A DNA stretch of 62,879 bases. It comes from Ascoidea asiatica JCM 7603 (lineage: Eukaryota > Fungi > Ascomycota). The notes below the pieces were generated by a model, which was given only the letters and a program-made list of their open reading frames with translations, made no database searches and was not told the origin of the DNA. Position numbers and translations under genes: made by a program. Each line of letters opens with the position of its first letter. Within the stretch, counting starts at the first letter, position 1. Positions 34,715-45,448 of this stretch are shown here, one piece after another. The DNA lies in the NCBI GenBank assembly GCA_001600695.1, contig BCKQ01000006.1:699752-762630 (forward strand). The letters run 5' to 3'.

Positions 34715-35902
34715 ATGTCAGAGTACTGCAGTGAGATATTGCCTTTCGAAGAAGGAATTCCGGTTGCCAAAGGAAGCGCTGAAGCTAAGAGTAATGAACC
34801 TCCATGTTGTTTAAGAATTCATCCTTTAGATAAATCTATAATAATTATTGGAACTTATAAGATTAATAAAGATAATAGTTCAATAAGGAAAGGATCTATT
34901 GAAATATTCAAGTATTTTAATAAAAAATCAGAAAATAATAAATTAAAAAGAATTTTTATCAAAGAAACTTCAAGTGCGATATTAGATTTAAAATTTTCAC
35001 CATTTGATGATTCATTAATTGCAACAGCACATTCAAATGGAACAATTATGTTATGGAGATTAAATTTAATAAAAAGTAATAATGAGGTTATTACTAATGA
35101 AACTGGTATTAAATTAAATATAATTGGAGAATATGAATTATTTGATAAAGATTTATTAATTACATCATTCACATTTAGTGAAAGTGAAGAAAATTTAATT
35201 TTAATTACATTAACAAATGGAAAAATATTTACATTAATAATTAAAAATGATGAAATAATTATAAAAGATTCATTTATAGAAAATCATTTATTAGAATCAT
35301 GGATTGGAAGTTTTGGTAATTTTGATTTTTTAAAAAATTTAATTTTTACAGGTGGTGATGATTGTTCATTAATTTGTCATGATTTGAGAATAAAAAAAAA
35401 AATATTTAATAATAATAAAATTCATCAAGCTGGAATTACATCAATTTTAACATCAACACCAGGAGATCATAATTCTTTTAAAAATTGGAAAATTAATGGA
35501 AATCATTATGAATTATGGACAGGAAGTTATGATGATAAAATTAGAAATTTAGATTTAAGAAATATTTCAACAAATGAATCATATGTTAATTCAATTAAAC
35601 CAAAAGTTAATTTTGAAAAAAATTTAGGTGGTGGAGTTTGGAGACTTATACCATATGGTGGTAATGATATTAATGATAATAGAGTTTTAAGTTGTTGTAT
35701 GTACAATGGAAGTAAAATACTTGATGAATATCATGGAAAATTAACTAATTCAAATGATACTTTAGAAAATGAGATAAATATAAAATCGTTGATTAAAAAA
35801 GGACATAATAGTATGGTTTATGGTGGAGATTGGTCTTCAGATGGTAGTTTTGTTGCAACATGTAGTTTTTATGATTGTGCTGTACAAATTTGGACTCCAT
35901 AA
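34715..35902 (+). CDS. RRT2: WD40 diphthine methylesterase Dph7/Rrt2
   Basis: PPCCL, IGTY..RKGSI, SAILDLKF, HLLESW, TGGDD, HQAGITSI, TGSYDD, GGGVWRL, HNSMVYGGDW, ATCSFYD; first ATG at 34715. Confidence 0.9.
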   Translation: MSEYCSEILPFEEGIPVAKGSAEAKSNEPPCCLRIHPLDKSIIIIGTYKINKDNSSIRKGSIEIFKYFNKKSENNKLKRIFIKETSSAILDLKFSPFDDSLIATAHSNGTIMLWRLNLIKSNNEVITNETGIKLNIIGEYELFDKDLLITSFTFSESEENLILITLTNGKIFTLIIKNDEIIIKDSFIENHLLESWIGSFGNFDFLKNLIFTGGDDCSLICHDLRIKKKIFNNNKIHQAGITSILTSTPGDHNSFKNWKINGNHYELWTGSYDDKIRNLDLRNISTNESYVNSIKPKVNFEKNLGGGVWRLIPYGGNDINDNRVLSCCMYNGSKILDEYHGKLTNSNDTLENEINIKSLIKKGHNSMVYGGDWSSDGSFVATCSFYDCAVQIWTP

Positions 35903-36230
35903 AGAGAAGCTTGAATAGTTCAAAATCAACTGAAAGTTGAAAAAGAAAACCACTTTGCTGAGTATCTAAATAAAATTAAACTTATGCAAATGACTAGACT
36001 TTCATTATATCTAGGTTTATCTACTGTTATATCTCATAATTAATCGTCTCTATAATATAATATTTATCAGTATCAAAATATCGAAAGATCAAGCTTATTC
36101 AAAGCTGTCAAATATTTAAGATATCAAAGCTACTTACGATACTGCTTATAGTAAAAAATCTGAAGTGCGGATTATCTGCCGATAACAGCTTACGGATTTA
36201 TTTAATAGGATTATGTAAGCAAGCAAAAAT

Positions 36231-36347
36231 ATAGGGCTGCAAAAAATTTCTACGTTAATAAACGTCAAGATGCTTTAATATAGCCCTATTCAGTTTCACC
36301 TGACTTTGATAATACCGATTAAAAATAAACTGCGTGCTGCTAACCCT
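36231..36347. promoter_or_regulatory. RPL16 upstream element: inverted Tbf1-type sites plus CACCTGAC
   Basis: ATAGGGCT 36231-36238, TAGCCCTA 36281-36288, CACCTGAC 36297-36304, TAACCCT 36341-36347. Confidence 0.65.
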
Positions 36348-36756
36348 CATATCTCTCTTACTCTTTATTCCCGTGTTTTTCTCAAAACTGGGGCTCTCGC
36401 ACGGGACTGGAGTGTAATGTTTGTGGTTTCGGCCTGGTTTGCACCGTAGCAAGAGATTGCCCACAAGAAAACCAGCCCAGAGTCCAGAAACTGTCTAAAG
36501 AGTACCCAACCGGCCCACGGTTTGGTCTTAGTCCTTCCGGACCAGCTCTTGTTTCCGTGCGTTTTTCTTTTCCAAATCCATTTCCAGCCTTTACCTGTGA
36601 AAATTCACAATCACTATTATCACCAATCGATAATTCAATTCATCCCATTAATTACATTAAATTATATTAGTGATAATTTAAAAAAAATTGGTTAAATTTA
36701 TATATTCATCAGGATCCAAAAAAATATACCTTTAATAAAAATAATTAAGATTAATA

Positions 36757-38124
36757 ATGAGTACTTTTGAACCAGTTATTGTTATCGATGGTAAGTTATT
36801 TCATTTGTTTATTTAAAAAATTGTAATTAAAAAAAGTAAAAATTGGATTTCAAAAAAATGAGAAAAAGTGTATGAACTCAAGTGAAATTTATTATAATCA
36901 TAAATTAGAAGGACTAATGTATTTCAAAACAAAGATTCATTGTTTTGAAGTAGAATATGAGTTCAATGAGAGATTCATTAATGAAAAAGAACTTAGGAAT
37001 TATGAAAAATTATTCAAGAAAGTATTGATAATTTATTGATATATGAATCAAAAAAAACTGAAGTTTTAATAAGCTTTCATCAAATCTGGTAAATTCTATT
37101 TCCACTATATTTATTTGAAAAGAATAATAAATAAAAAAAAGTTGTAAAATTCATCAAAATTAAAAGTTAAAAGAGTGAAGAAAAATATATATATATATTA
37201 TTATATTTAACGCTCTATCAACTATTATAGTATCAAAATATTAGTCATTTTCACTAATTCTAAATATATTTCTCAATTTTAACAACATTATCAATATTAG
37301 TTTTCATTTTCATAAAATCTGGAAGTTAAATGACTCTAAGTCAATTAATAACTATTATTACTATTCTTATAATTGAGTATACTCTAATTTATAATCATAA
37401 CTTATAATCGGAGTATTTGTTAGATCCAATCCTTTTTCATCTCATTTATTTTTCAAATTGCACTTTTTAATTACAATTTTAAATTATATATCAAATATCA
37501 AACTCTGTTCTCTTTAATTACTAACTAATTTTCTTTTCATTTTTTTCTTATTTTATTATAGGTAAGGGCCATCTTTTAGGTCGTTTAGCTTCAATTGTTG
37601 CTAAACAAGTCTTAACAGGTCAAAAAATTGTTGTAGTTCGTTGTGAAGCTTTAAATATTTCTGGTGAATTTTTTAGAAATAAACTTAAGTATTATGATTA
37701 TTTAAGAAAAGGTACAAGATTTAATAAACTTAGAGGTCCATTCCATTTCAGAGCTCCTTCAAGAATTTTTTATAAAGCTGTTCGTGGTATGATTGAACAT
37801 AAAACCCCAAAAGGTAAAGCTGCTTTAGATAGATTAAAGGTCTTTGAAGGTGTTCCACCACCATATGATAAAAAAAAGAGAGTTGTTGTTCCTCAAGCCT
37901 TAAGAGTTTTAAGATTAAAACCAGGTAGAAAATTTACAACTGTTGGTAAATTAAGTACTGAAGTTGGTTGGAAATATGAAGATGTTGTTTCCACTTTAGA
38001 ACAAAAAAGAAAAGTTAAATCTGCTGAATATTATGCTAAAAAGAAAGCTTTAATTAAAAAAGTAAACTCTGTTAAATCAACTGAATCTGCAACTGCTAAA
38101 AAATTAGCTGCTCTTGGTTACTAA
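36757..38124 (+). CDS. RPL16: 60S ribosomal protein uL13, join(36757..36790,37562..38124)
   Basis: [26 protein letters not shown]...[11 protein letters not shown]...[17 protein letters not shown]; the track shows only the distal part. Confidence 0.96.
36791..37561 (+). other. spliceosomal intron of RPL16 (771 nt)
   Basis: GTAAGT donor 36791, TACTAAC 37519-37525, TAG 37559-37561; phase-1 join gives GGT AAG GGC CAT. Confidence 0.95.
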
Positions 38125-38642
38125 TTTATTTATATGTTTATTTATCTATTTATCTACCTATTTATTTATTTATTTAATTAACCAATTAATTATCTATTAA
38201 ACCTATTTAAAGAATAAATTCAATAATAAATTCATTAATATCAATGTTCTCTATACAATTACAGAAAAAACTAGATATCAATCAAATCAAATTAAACTGA
38301 ATTTCATTCAATAATATATTTCTATTTAATGAAATACTTTTACTAGTAATTACTGTGAAACATTTAGTAGAAATTCACGTTAATGCATCATAATGCATCA
38401 TCAAGCTTCATTTTATTTTACTTTAATAATTTACAATATTTCTCTCAATGTTTATTATTTTATTATAATTTATTTATTTATTATTTGCTTTTATGTGTTT
38501 TTTTTGTGATATTTTTTTTAATATTTTTTTGATATTTTTTCATTATATATTATTGGTTAGTTGATATTGAAAATTTCTTTTCAAATATCTCTTTTTTCAA
38601 TTTGAATAGTAACATTACACATAATATTTAAAAAATTAAATA

Positions 38643-40400
38643 TTATATAAACAAAAGAGAGAAAAAAAGTGTTAAAGAAAAATATGAAAAAGAATAGAAA
38701 CTTAAAGGTTTAAGCACCTCACCATGATTATTAATATCTAATGTTTTAATTTCACTTGTTTCTGCTGCTCCACTCTCACTTACTTCCATACTATTTTTAT
38801 TATTCGTTTCAGTATTAGCAGAATTATTAGAATCAGAAATTAAAGCAGTTCCTGTAGCAGTTTCTGTTTCAATACCAGAAATTGAATATTTGGTAAGAGA
38901 TTGAGGTTTACTTATTGTTTTAGATACTTCTGTAGAATCTGTTTCTGTATCTGTAACTGCCAAGTAACTTGAAGTTTCAACCATTGCAACCTCAATAAAA
39001 GAATAAAATGAGCTAGCATGAGACGAAAATCCAGCAAAATTAAAAACTGAACCTTTTATTGATGATATACCACTTACTGATTTGGTCGAATAAGAACCCT
39101 CACTTAATGTAATAAATGCAGAAGAATTAGTAGTAGAAAATTGAGTATTATTTGAGGAAGAATCTGCCAAATATTTTGTTAAAGTACTCGAAGAACTCTC
39201 TAATTCGAGAGTAATATTCGCATTCGAAGCAGTGGAATAGGTTTCCAGACCAGTTATACTTTCTGCAGGAATGTAACTTGTTTTAGTTGAATGTGATGTT
39301 GAAACTAAGAATAAAGTAGAAGTTGAAGTTCCATCTGAATCGACTTCCAAATCAGTCATTGTAAAATATTCGGATTCATATTCGGATTCATCTTCAGATT
39401 CATAATCTGATGCATAATAAGAGCCATAATCATAATCATCGTCATCTTCGATTGAAGATGTTGGAGCACTTGATTGATGTTTATGGGTTGAACTTGGTGC
39501 CAGAGTATAGTAAGCAGCTAACGAGTTTTGAGTTGAGAATAAAGATCTGGATGAGGAAGTAGGTAAAAGTTCAGATGATAATCTATTGGCAAAAGAATTG
39601 ACATATGAAATAAAACCTAAAGAATCTGTGGACTTCAAGGTTTCTATATTCGAATTATTTGAATAGCCTTTATTAAATAAATTGGGTGTAGAGTATGATT
39701 GAGAGGATACAATTGTACTCATCTTATTTTGTTTCAAAGTTGTAGTAGGTATAGAATCTGAAGTTTCAGAAATCAATTCCGTAGAAGATTTCAATGAATA
39801 AACAGAAGATGACGAAGATGAAGATGAAGAGGAATAAGAAGAGGATTCAGTATCACTAATTTCCCAACAGTATATAGGAGAATCAGAAGTTGATTCACAG
39901 CCAGTTAAATAATTATATTGTTTTGAATAAGACCAATTTTCGCAATTAAATGCTTTGTTAATACCATTTAGATCGTTACACCAATCAAAAGAAAGTTTTA
40001 TGGGATATGAACAAACAGTATTTGTATTAATTTTATTTGTTTGAATATTCATGGTATAAGACCAAGAAGAAGGATCAGAAATTAAATATTTATTATAAGT
40101 ATCGGAATAAACAATTGCAGTATTTGTACCTGAATATATATCTAATTCACTTAAAGAATTCGAGGATAAATTAGTTTCTGAAGAATTAAAATTTATAGTA
40201 ATTTGATAGGTTAAACCTTGAATCAATTGTGGATTTGATAAAGAAATTGTAGCTTTTGGATAATTATTTGATAATGCATTCTCAGAAAAATCTATTAATG
40301 GACATTGTGAAGATGGAGTTGAAATTGACTGAATTGGTTTGATTAATATGAAATTTAAGAAAATGAATAATCCATTTGAAAACAAAATTTTATTGAGCAT
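38643..40400 (-). CDS. GPI-anchored cell-wall adhesin with one Flo11 domain
   Basis: signal peptide; CPLIDF..YQITINF..LSELDI..VYS..DPSSWS..FDWC..CENW..TGC..YCW Flo11A pattern; S/T stalk; hydrophobic C-terminal GPI signal. Confidence 0.85.
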   Translation of the reverse strand: MLNKILFSNGLFIFLNFILIKPIQSISTPSSQCPLIDFSENALSNNYPKATISLSNPQLIQGLTYQITINFNSSETNLSSNSLSELDIYSGTNTAIVYSDTYNKYLISDPSSWSYTMNIQTNKINTNTVCSYPIKLSFDWCNDLNGINKAFNCENWSYSKQYNYLTGCESTSDSPIYCWEISDTESSSYSSSSSSSSSSVYSLKSSTELISETSDSIPTTTLKQNKMSTIVSSQSYSTPNLFNKGYSNNSNIETLKSTDSLGFISYVNSFANRLSSELLPTSSSRSLFSTQNSLAAYYTLAPSSTHKHQSSAPTSSIEDDDDYDYGSYYASDYESEDESEYESEYFTMTDLEVDSDGTSTSTLFLVSTSHSTKTSYIPAESITGLETYSTASNANITLELESSSSTLTKYLADSSSNNTQFSTTNSSAFITLSEGSYSTKSVSGISSIKGSVFNFAGFSSHASSFYSFIEVAMVETSSYLAVTDTETDSTEVSKTISKPQSLTKYSISGIETETATGTALISDSNNSANTETNNKNSMEVSESGAAETSEIKTLDINNHGEVLKPLSFYSFSYFSLTLFFSLLFI

Positions 40401-42023
40401 GATTTTATTGAAAAAAGTAATTAAGTTATATAAAGGTAATTATTTTTTTGAATGAAAATTTCAGTAAAATGAATTTAAACAAGGAGTGATTAAAAATACG
40501 TAGAAATAAGTGAATGAAATTGATGAATTTGATATATGCCAAAATAGGTCTTCCTTTAAGATTAATGAAAATGAATAAGAATATTGATGCTGATAATAAT
40601 GATAATGATATTGATATTGATCTTAGTAATAATGTTAGAGTATTGATAAAATATTGAAAGGAAAAGGATAAGTATTAATATTAAAATTGGTGTCGATTGT
40701 GAAGAAAGAAAATGAAGAGATATGAGTATAATTTTTAATAGAATATTTAATATTTAGCATTAAATAATCGATATTTAGAATTTCTGAGAAATGAAAAATG
40801 AAAGACTTAAAGAAGTATTTTTTTTTTCTTAAAAAAAACAACAGCAACTATTAAATATGAGATACATGAAAATATTGAATTATTTTTGATTATGATAGAA
40901 TTGTTTTAAATATTGAATAATAATATTATTCTAATTAATAAAATTTATAAGATTTATAGCATAATTACCAAAGCAGATAAAGAAATAAATTAATTTGGAA
41001 TTTTTTTGTGATGAATATTGAAAAGATTGAATAAATGTGAATAAATGAAATAATTTGATGATTTTTTGAAAGAATACGTAAAGTGATTGTAAATCTTCAT
41101 TGTCAGTATGAGTATTGAATATTGAATAATAAAGAGATAGTGAGTGAATAATGTAAGATAATAACTAATTATTAAAAATAAAGTAAAAAAGAAAAAGAGA
41201 AAGAAATTTGAATAAAGATTTGCATTATTTATAAGTTTATTAGAGTATGAGATTTTAGATAAAAATAGAGAATTGTACTCAAAATTCGAGTTTTCTAACA
41301 AATTGAAAACTGTTTAACGTTATGGGCGAAAACCAGAAGTGAAGGCAGTCAGATAATTATACTCATCAATAAAGTATGATAGAGTTGAGATAGAATTATT
41401 GACTTCATAATACAAGTATTGGATAAGAATATCAAAGATACTCTTTTAAATTAATTCAAAATTTATAATTCTTATTGTAGAGAGTTGTTTGTATTTCAAA
41501 CCAACAATAATTTTTCTTTTCAATTAAAAGATGAATTGCAAAAAAATAAATGGCCAAGGTATCTAAAAGAAGCCAAGATAAATTCTAGTTAAATGAAAAT
41601 CATTGAAATATGAGAAATGAAAGTGAAGTGAGATAAAACAAAATAATACAAAACAATACAGAAAATAAGAACGAAAGACAAGGTAAATTTTCACTTGACA
41701 CAAATGTTTAGAAATAATTTGATAAATTCGAACACAGAAAACAAGTCCATAAACACGGAATCCCTTCTTGTTTAGGAAAGTTATAAAAAAAGTAGCCGAA
41801 ATCAGTTAAAAAGGAAATAAAGCACCCCGGAAATAAATATGCATTGCGACATTTAGCTAAGTATAATGATGCAGGGAAACACATTATCACATTAACGTAC
41901 TTCTGAAAAAATCCAGATTATCCGTTGTTAAAAAATAAGGATTTATGTTTATAACTGGATTTATAATCCTTCCGTGTTATACGGACTCTTTTCTGCGGTT
42001 TTGTTTTTGCTTTCCTCTTTTTG

Positions 42024-42087
42024 GTGCCGCGAGGGTTTGGTGATGGAGAAACTGAGTGATAAGCTTTTGGTGATATTTTGGTGCCGT
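42024..42087. promoter_or_regulatory. two Stp1/2-like RCGGCAC sites flanking a GATAAG
   Basis: GTGCCGC 42024-42030 and GTGCCGT 42081-42087 (both preceded by TTTTG), GATAAG 42058-42063. Confidence 0.4.
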
Positions 42088-42440
42088 TTACACTGACAGA
42101 CTGCCAGACATGATACTAAAAAGAAGTTGTGCAGTAAGCTCAAGATAAAATCATTTTTATTATGTTTAAATCATCACATTTTCTGTCAAGGAATAACCAT
42201 TGAAATCAGACTGATTTGATTCAAATGCAATATAATATACAATCTATTTAACATTTTTTTATTCTTTCCCTATTTCAATAGTTATTTACAAAAGGGAAAA
42301 ATCATTGAAAAACATAATCTGTTCAATCGATAAACGATAGCTCTATATATTAAAATTAATAATCATTATCATTTCCTTTTCTAAAGATCTCAATTAAAAC
42401 TTCACTAGATTTATTATAAATTTTTTTCATTTAAATAACG

Positions 42441-44960
42441 ATGGATAACACAAATAAAAATGATAATCAAAGTGATTCTGAGATTGAAAATGATACTTTT
42501 GATGATGATTTAAGTCTTCAATCTCCTAATTCGGCTAGTATTTTTTCTCCACCTCCAACTGTTTCAACAAAACCAACTTTGAATTCTTCGATTCCATCAA
42601 CAATGAATTCATTAAATAAGAAATTAAATTCTTCAACTTCAACTTCTAATGCAAATTCAAATTTGAATTCTAAATCTAGTATAAATCAAAACTCTAATTC
42701 AAATTCTGATTTAGCTTCTTCTTTTGCCTCGAATATTGTTGGTACATCAATAAGAACCGTTCAATTAGAATCAAATTCAAATGCAAACAATAATTCAAAT
42801 AATAATTCAAACAATAATAATTCAAATAATCCTGATAAACAAATTCAAGAAATTGATACTGAAGATTTAAAATTATTATCTGAAAAAATTTCTTCTTTTG
42901 TTGATAATTATGATACAAAAGTTCCTTATAAAATTCATATGGCTTTATCTAATTTTAAACAACCAAAATATCTTGAGAATTATTTAAATATCAATAAAAA
43001 TAAAACTTATATATCTTCAATACTTCATAAAATTCTATTTTTATATGATGTTAAATTATCAAGACCTTCTTCTTCCAGCATTAATAATAATACCTCTACT
43101 TTTACTAATATTTCTGATAAAAATGCTAACTCAAATACAAATTCAAATATCAATTCTTCCACTGGTAGTAATACTCTTAATAATAATAATAACAATAGTA
43201 ACAATAGTAGTAACAGTAATCTTAATAGTATTTCTAGTTCAAATAATATTACTTTTAATACTATCAATTTTTCTAATTTAAATCCATCCTTAAATGATTC
43301 GAACTCAGTAATTGACTTTCAGAAAACTTTATTATTAACTGGTTACTATGAATTTTTAAAAATTTGTAAATTAATAACTAGATCTCCAAATACAACTATG
43401 CTTTACCCAAAAAATTTTGCTTTGATTGATGAAGGTAATACTAAAATTTCTGAAATTATGGAAACTATAGTTTCTTTAGACTTAGAGAAAATTTTTGATA
43501 GTGAAGGCTCCTTTTTAGCTCCAGTTTCAAGAGGTATTTCACTTTCAAATTTTGATAACAATAAAAAAAATATTAGTAATAATCCTTTATCTATACCGAC
43601 AATAATTTATGGAACTAAAAAGCCACTGGCTGATCATTATTATTTAATCAATGAATTATGTCGGTCGTTTCCTGATATTCATTTTATTATTCAAAAAAAT
43701 CAAATTTTAATTGCCTCAAATGATACTATAAATAAAAATATGAATAAGATAATAAATAATAATCTTGATAATCCTAAAACCTCACATACAATCAATAAGC
43801 TTTCTTATAATTTACCTCCTTTTGCTCCTCCATTTAGATATCCAAAAGAACCTAATAACATTGCAATGTCTCTTTCCATTGGCCCGAATGGTTCAAGTAA
43901 TTTATCAGGAACTTTAGGTGGATTTATTTATCCAAAAATATCTTCTTCATCTTCTCCATCTTCAAATAATTTCCATGCTTATGCCATAACGTGTGGTCAT
44001 TGTATGAATGAAAAAAATGATATTAATTCCAAACCTTCTGTTAGTGTTCCTTCCCCAAGATTAGTAAGGATGTTTAGAGATGCCATAAAAACTGAAAAAG
44101 CTAAAAATTCAATTGGTTCTCCTGGCTATAATATTTATAATAAAGGTTGCCTTTGGCTTGATCAATTCTTTCCTGATGGCAATACTAATGGAAATTTAGG
44201 TAAAGTTGTTTATTCTGAAAGAAGATTTCATAATAATTCAGTTTCTGATATTTCTATAATCAAATGTAATTCAAATTTAAATTGTCAGAATCATTTAGGT
44301 GATGATTATAGTTTTGAAAAGCATGATCCTGGTTTAGTTTGTAATAACCAAGTTAAAAAAATTATACATACAACAAAAGCTGGTTCTCAAGTTTTTAAAT
44401 TTGGTGCAACTACTCAATATACTACGGGAATTTTATCAAAACCCAAAATAATATGGTGGTCAGAAAATAAATTAAAAAGTAGTGAATTTATTGTAAATTC
44501 GAGTGATGGTAGTGGTTTTGCAAATGGTGGTGACTCTGGAGCTTGGATTTTACAAAAATTGGAAGATGTATTAGATGAGTCAGTTGTTCCAACTCCAGAA
44601 GAACATACTATTAGTTCTAGAAAACAGTCTACAAATAAATTTTTGGGAACAATAAATGAGTTCGAAGAAGAAAAACAGCATCAAACTGGTCTTGGTGTGA
44701 TAGGAATGTTACATGCATATGACGGAGAATTTAAACAAATAGGTATATATACTCCTATTGTTAGAATATTGGACAGATTACTTGAATTGACCAAAACACC
44801 ATGGGGTGTTATTGGGGTTCCAGAAGAAAAAGGAGATTTAGATGATGATGAAGACGACGAAGAAAGTTCTGAAGAAAATGAATCTGTGAGTAACCTTGAT
44901 AGCTCCTCTAAATCTGATACTTCTGATTCAGAATATGATTCTAATGACGAATCAAATTAA
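42441..44960 (+). CDS. SSY5: SPS-sensor serine endoprotease (peptidase S64)
   Basis: LPPFAPPFR, SGTLGGFIYP, AITCGH (His), SDISII (Asp), FANGGDSGAWIL (Ser), VIGMLHAYDGEFKQIG. Confidence 0.93.
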   Translation: MDNTNKNDNQSDSEIENDTFDDDLSLQSPNSASIFSPPPTVSTKPTLNSSIPSTMNSLNKKLNSSTSTSNANSNLNSKSSINQNSNSNSDLASSFASNIVGTSIRTVQLESNSNANNNSNNNSNNNNSNNPDKQIQEIDTEDLKLLSEKISSFVDNYDTKVPYKIHMALSNFKQPKYLENYLNINKNKTYISSILHKILFLYDVKLSRPSSSSINNNTSTFTNISDKNANSNTNSNINSSTGSNTLNNNNNNSNNSSNSNLNSISSSNNITFNTINFSNLNPSLNDSNSVIDFQKTLLLTGYYEFLKICKLITRSPNTTMLYPKNFALIDEGNTKISEIMETIVSLDLEKIFDSEGSFLAPVSRGISLSNFDNNKKNISNNPLSIPTIIYGTKKPLADHYYLINELCRSFPDIHFIIQKNQILIASNDTINKNMNKIINNNLDNPKTSHTINKLSYNLPPFAPPFRYPKEPNNIAMSLSIGPNGSSNLSGTLGGFIYPKISSSSSPSSNNFHAYAITCGHCMNEKNDINSKPSVSVPSPRLVRMFRDAIKTEKAKNSIGSPGYNIYNKGCLWLDQFFPDGNTNGNLGKVVYSERRFHNNSVSDISIIKCNSNLNCQNHLGDDYSFEKHDPGLVCNNQVKKIIHTTKAGSQVFKFGATTQYTTGILSKPKIIWWSENKLKSSEFIVNSSDGSGFANGGDSGAWILQKLEDVLDESVVPTPEEHTISSRKQSTNKFLGTINEFEEEKQHQTGLGVIGMLHAYDGEFKQIGIYTPIVRILDRLLELTKTPWGVIGVPEEKGDLDDDEDDEESSEENESVSNLDSSSKSDTSDSEYDSNDESN

Positions 44961-45448
44961 CCAAATACTTTTATTTTAATTTTTTGTTTTTTCATATTTA
45001 TTCTTTTTTTTGGCATTACTTTTTTTTTACATCCAGCTTTTGTTCAAAGATAGAAGAACGTAACTTTTTTTTCTGTATCAATTTTTTCTGACTAGATCTC
45101 TGCTTTACCTGCTTTCTTTGACATTAAAAAAATGTATTATAACTTACATATATTTATTCAATTGAACATTTTGATAAATCTCTTGTAGACCTGGTTCTTC
45201 TTAATTCTATTAATATAAACCTTTGCACGCAGTTATTTACAGCGTGCAATTTGTTCCGTGGTCACGACACTTCAAAATTTCACGCACTTTTCGTATTGTC
45301 AAGCTTTAAGTTTATTTATGCGTCTTCAAAATATTTTTTTTTTTTCAAAAGAATTTTGAAAATAAATTTCTTGATTTGAATTTTAAATTTGAAAGAACTT
45401 AAGAAAAAAAGAAGTCTATATTAAAATTTTGAACATAAGATATTTAAA

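Noticed and set aside
31598-36756. TOM7, expected from S. cerevisiae order between LAT1 and RPL16B
   Set aside because: No HYGWIP-like coding segment found by eye in the intergenic gaps on either strand
37561-37567. AG|GTAAG at the RPL16 acceptor as a recursive splice site
   Set aside because: Explained by the conserved Gly-Lys codons; no downstream branch or acceptor to use it
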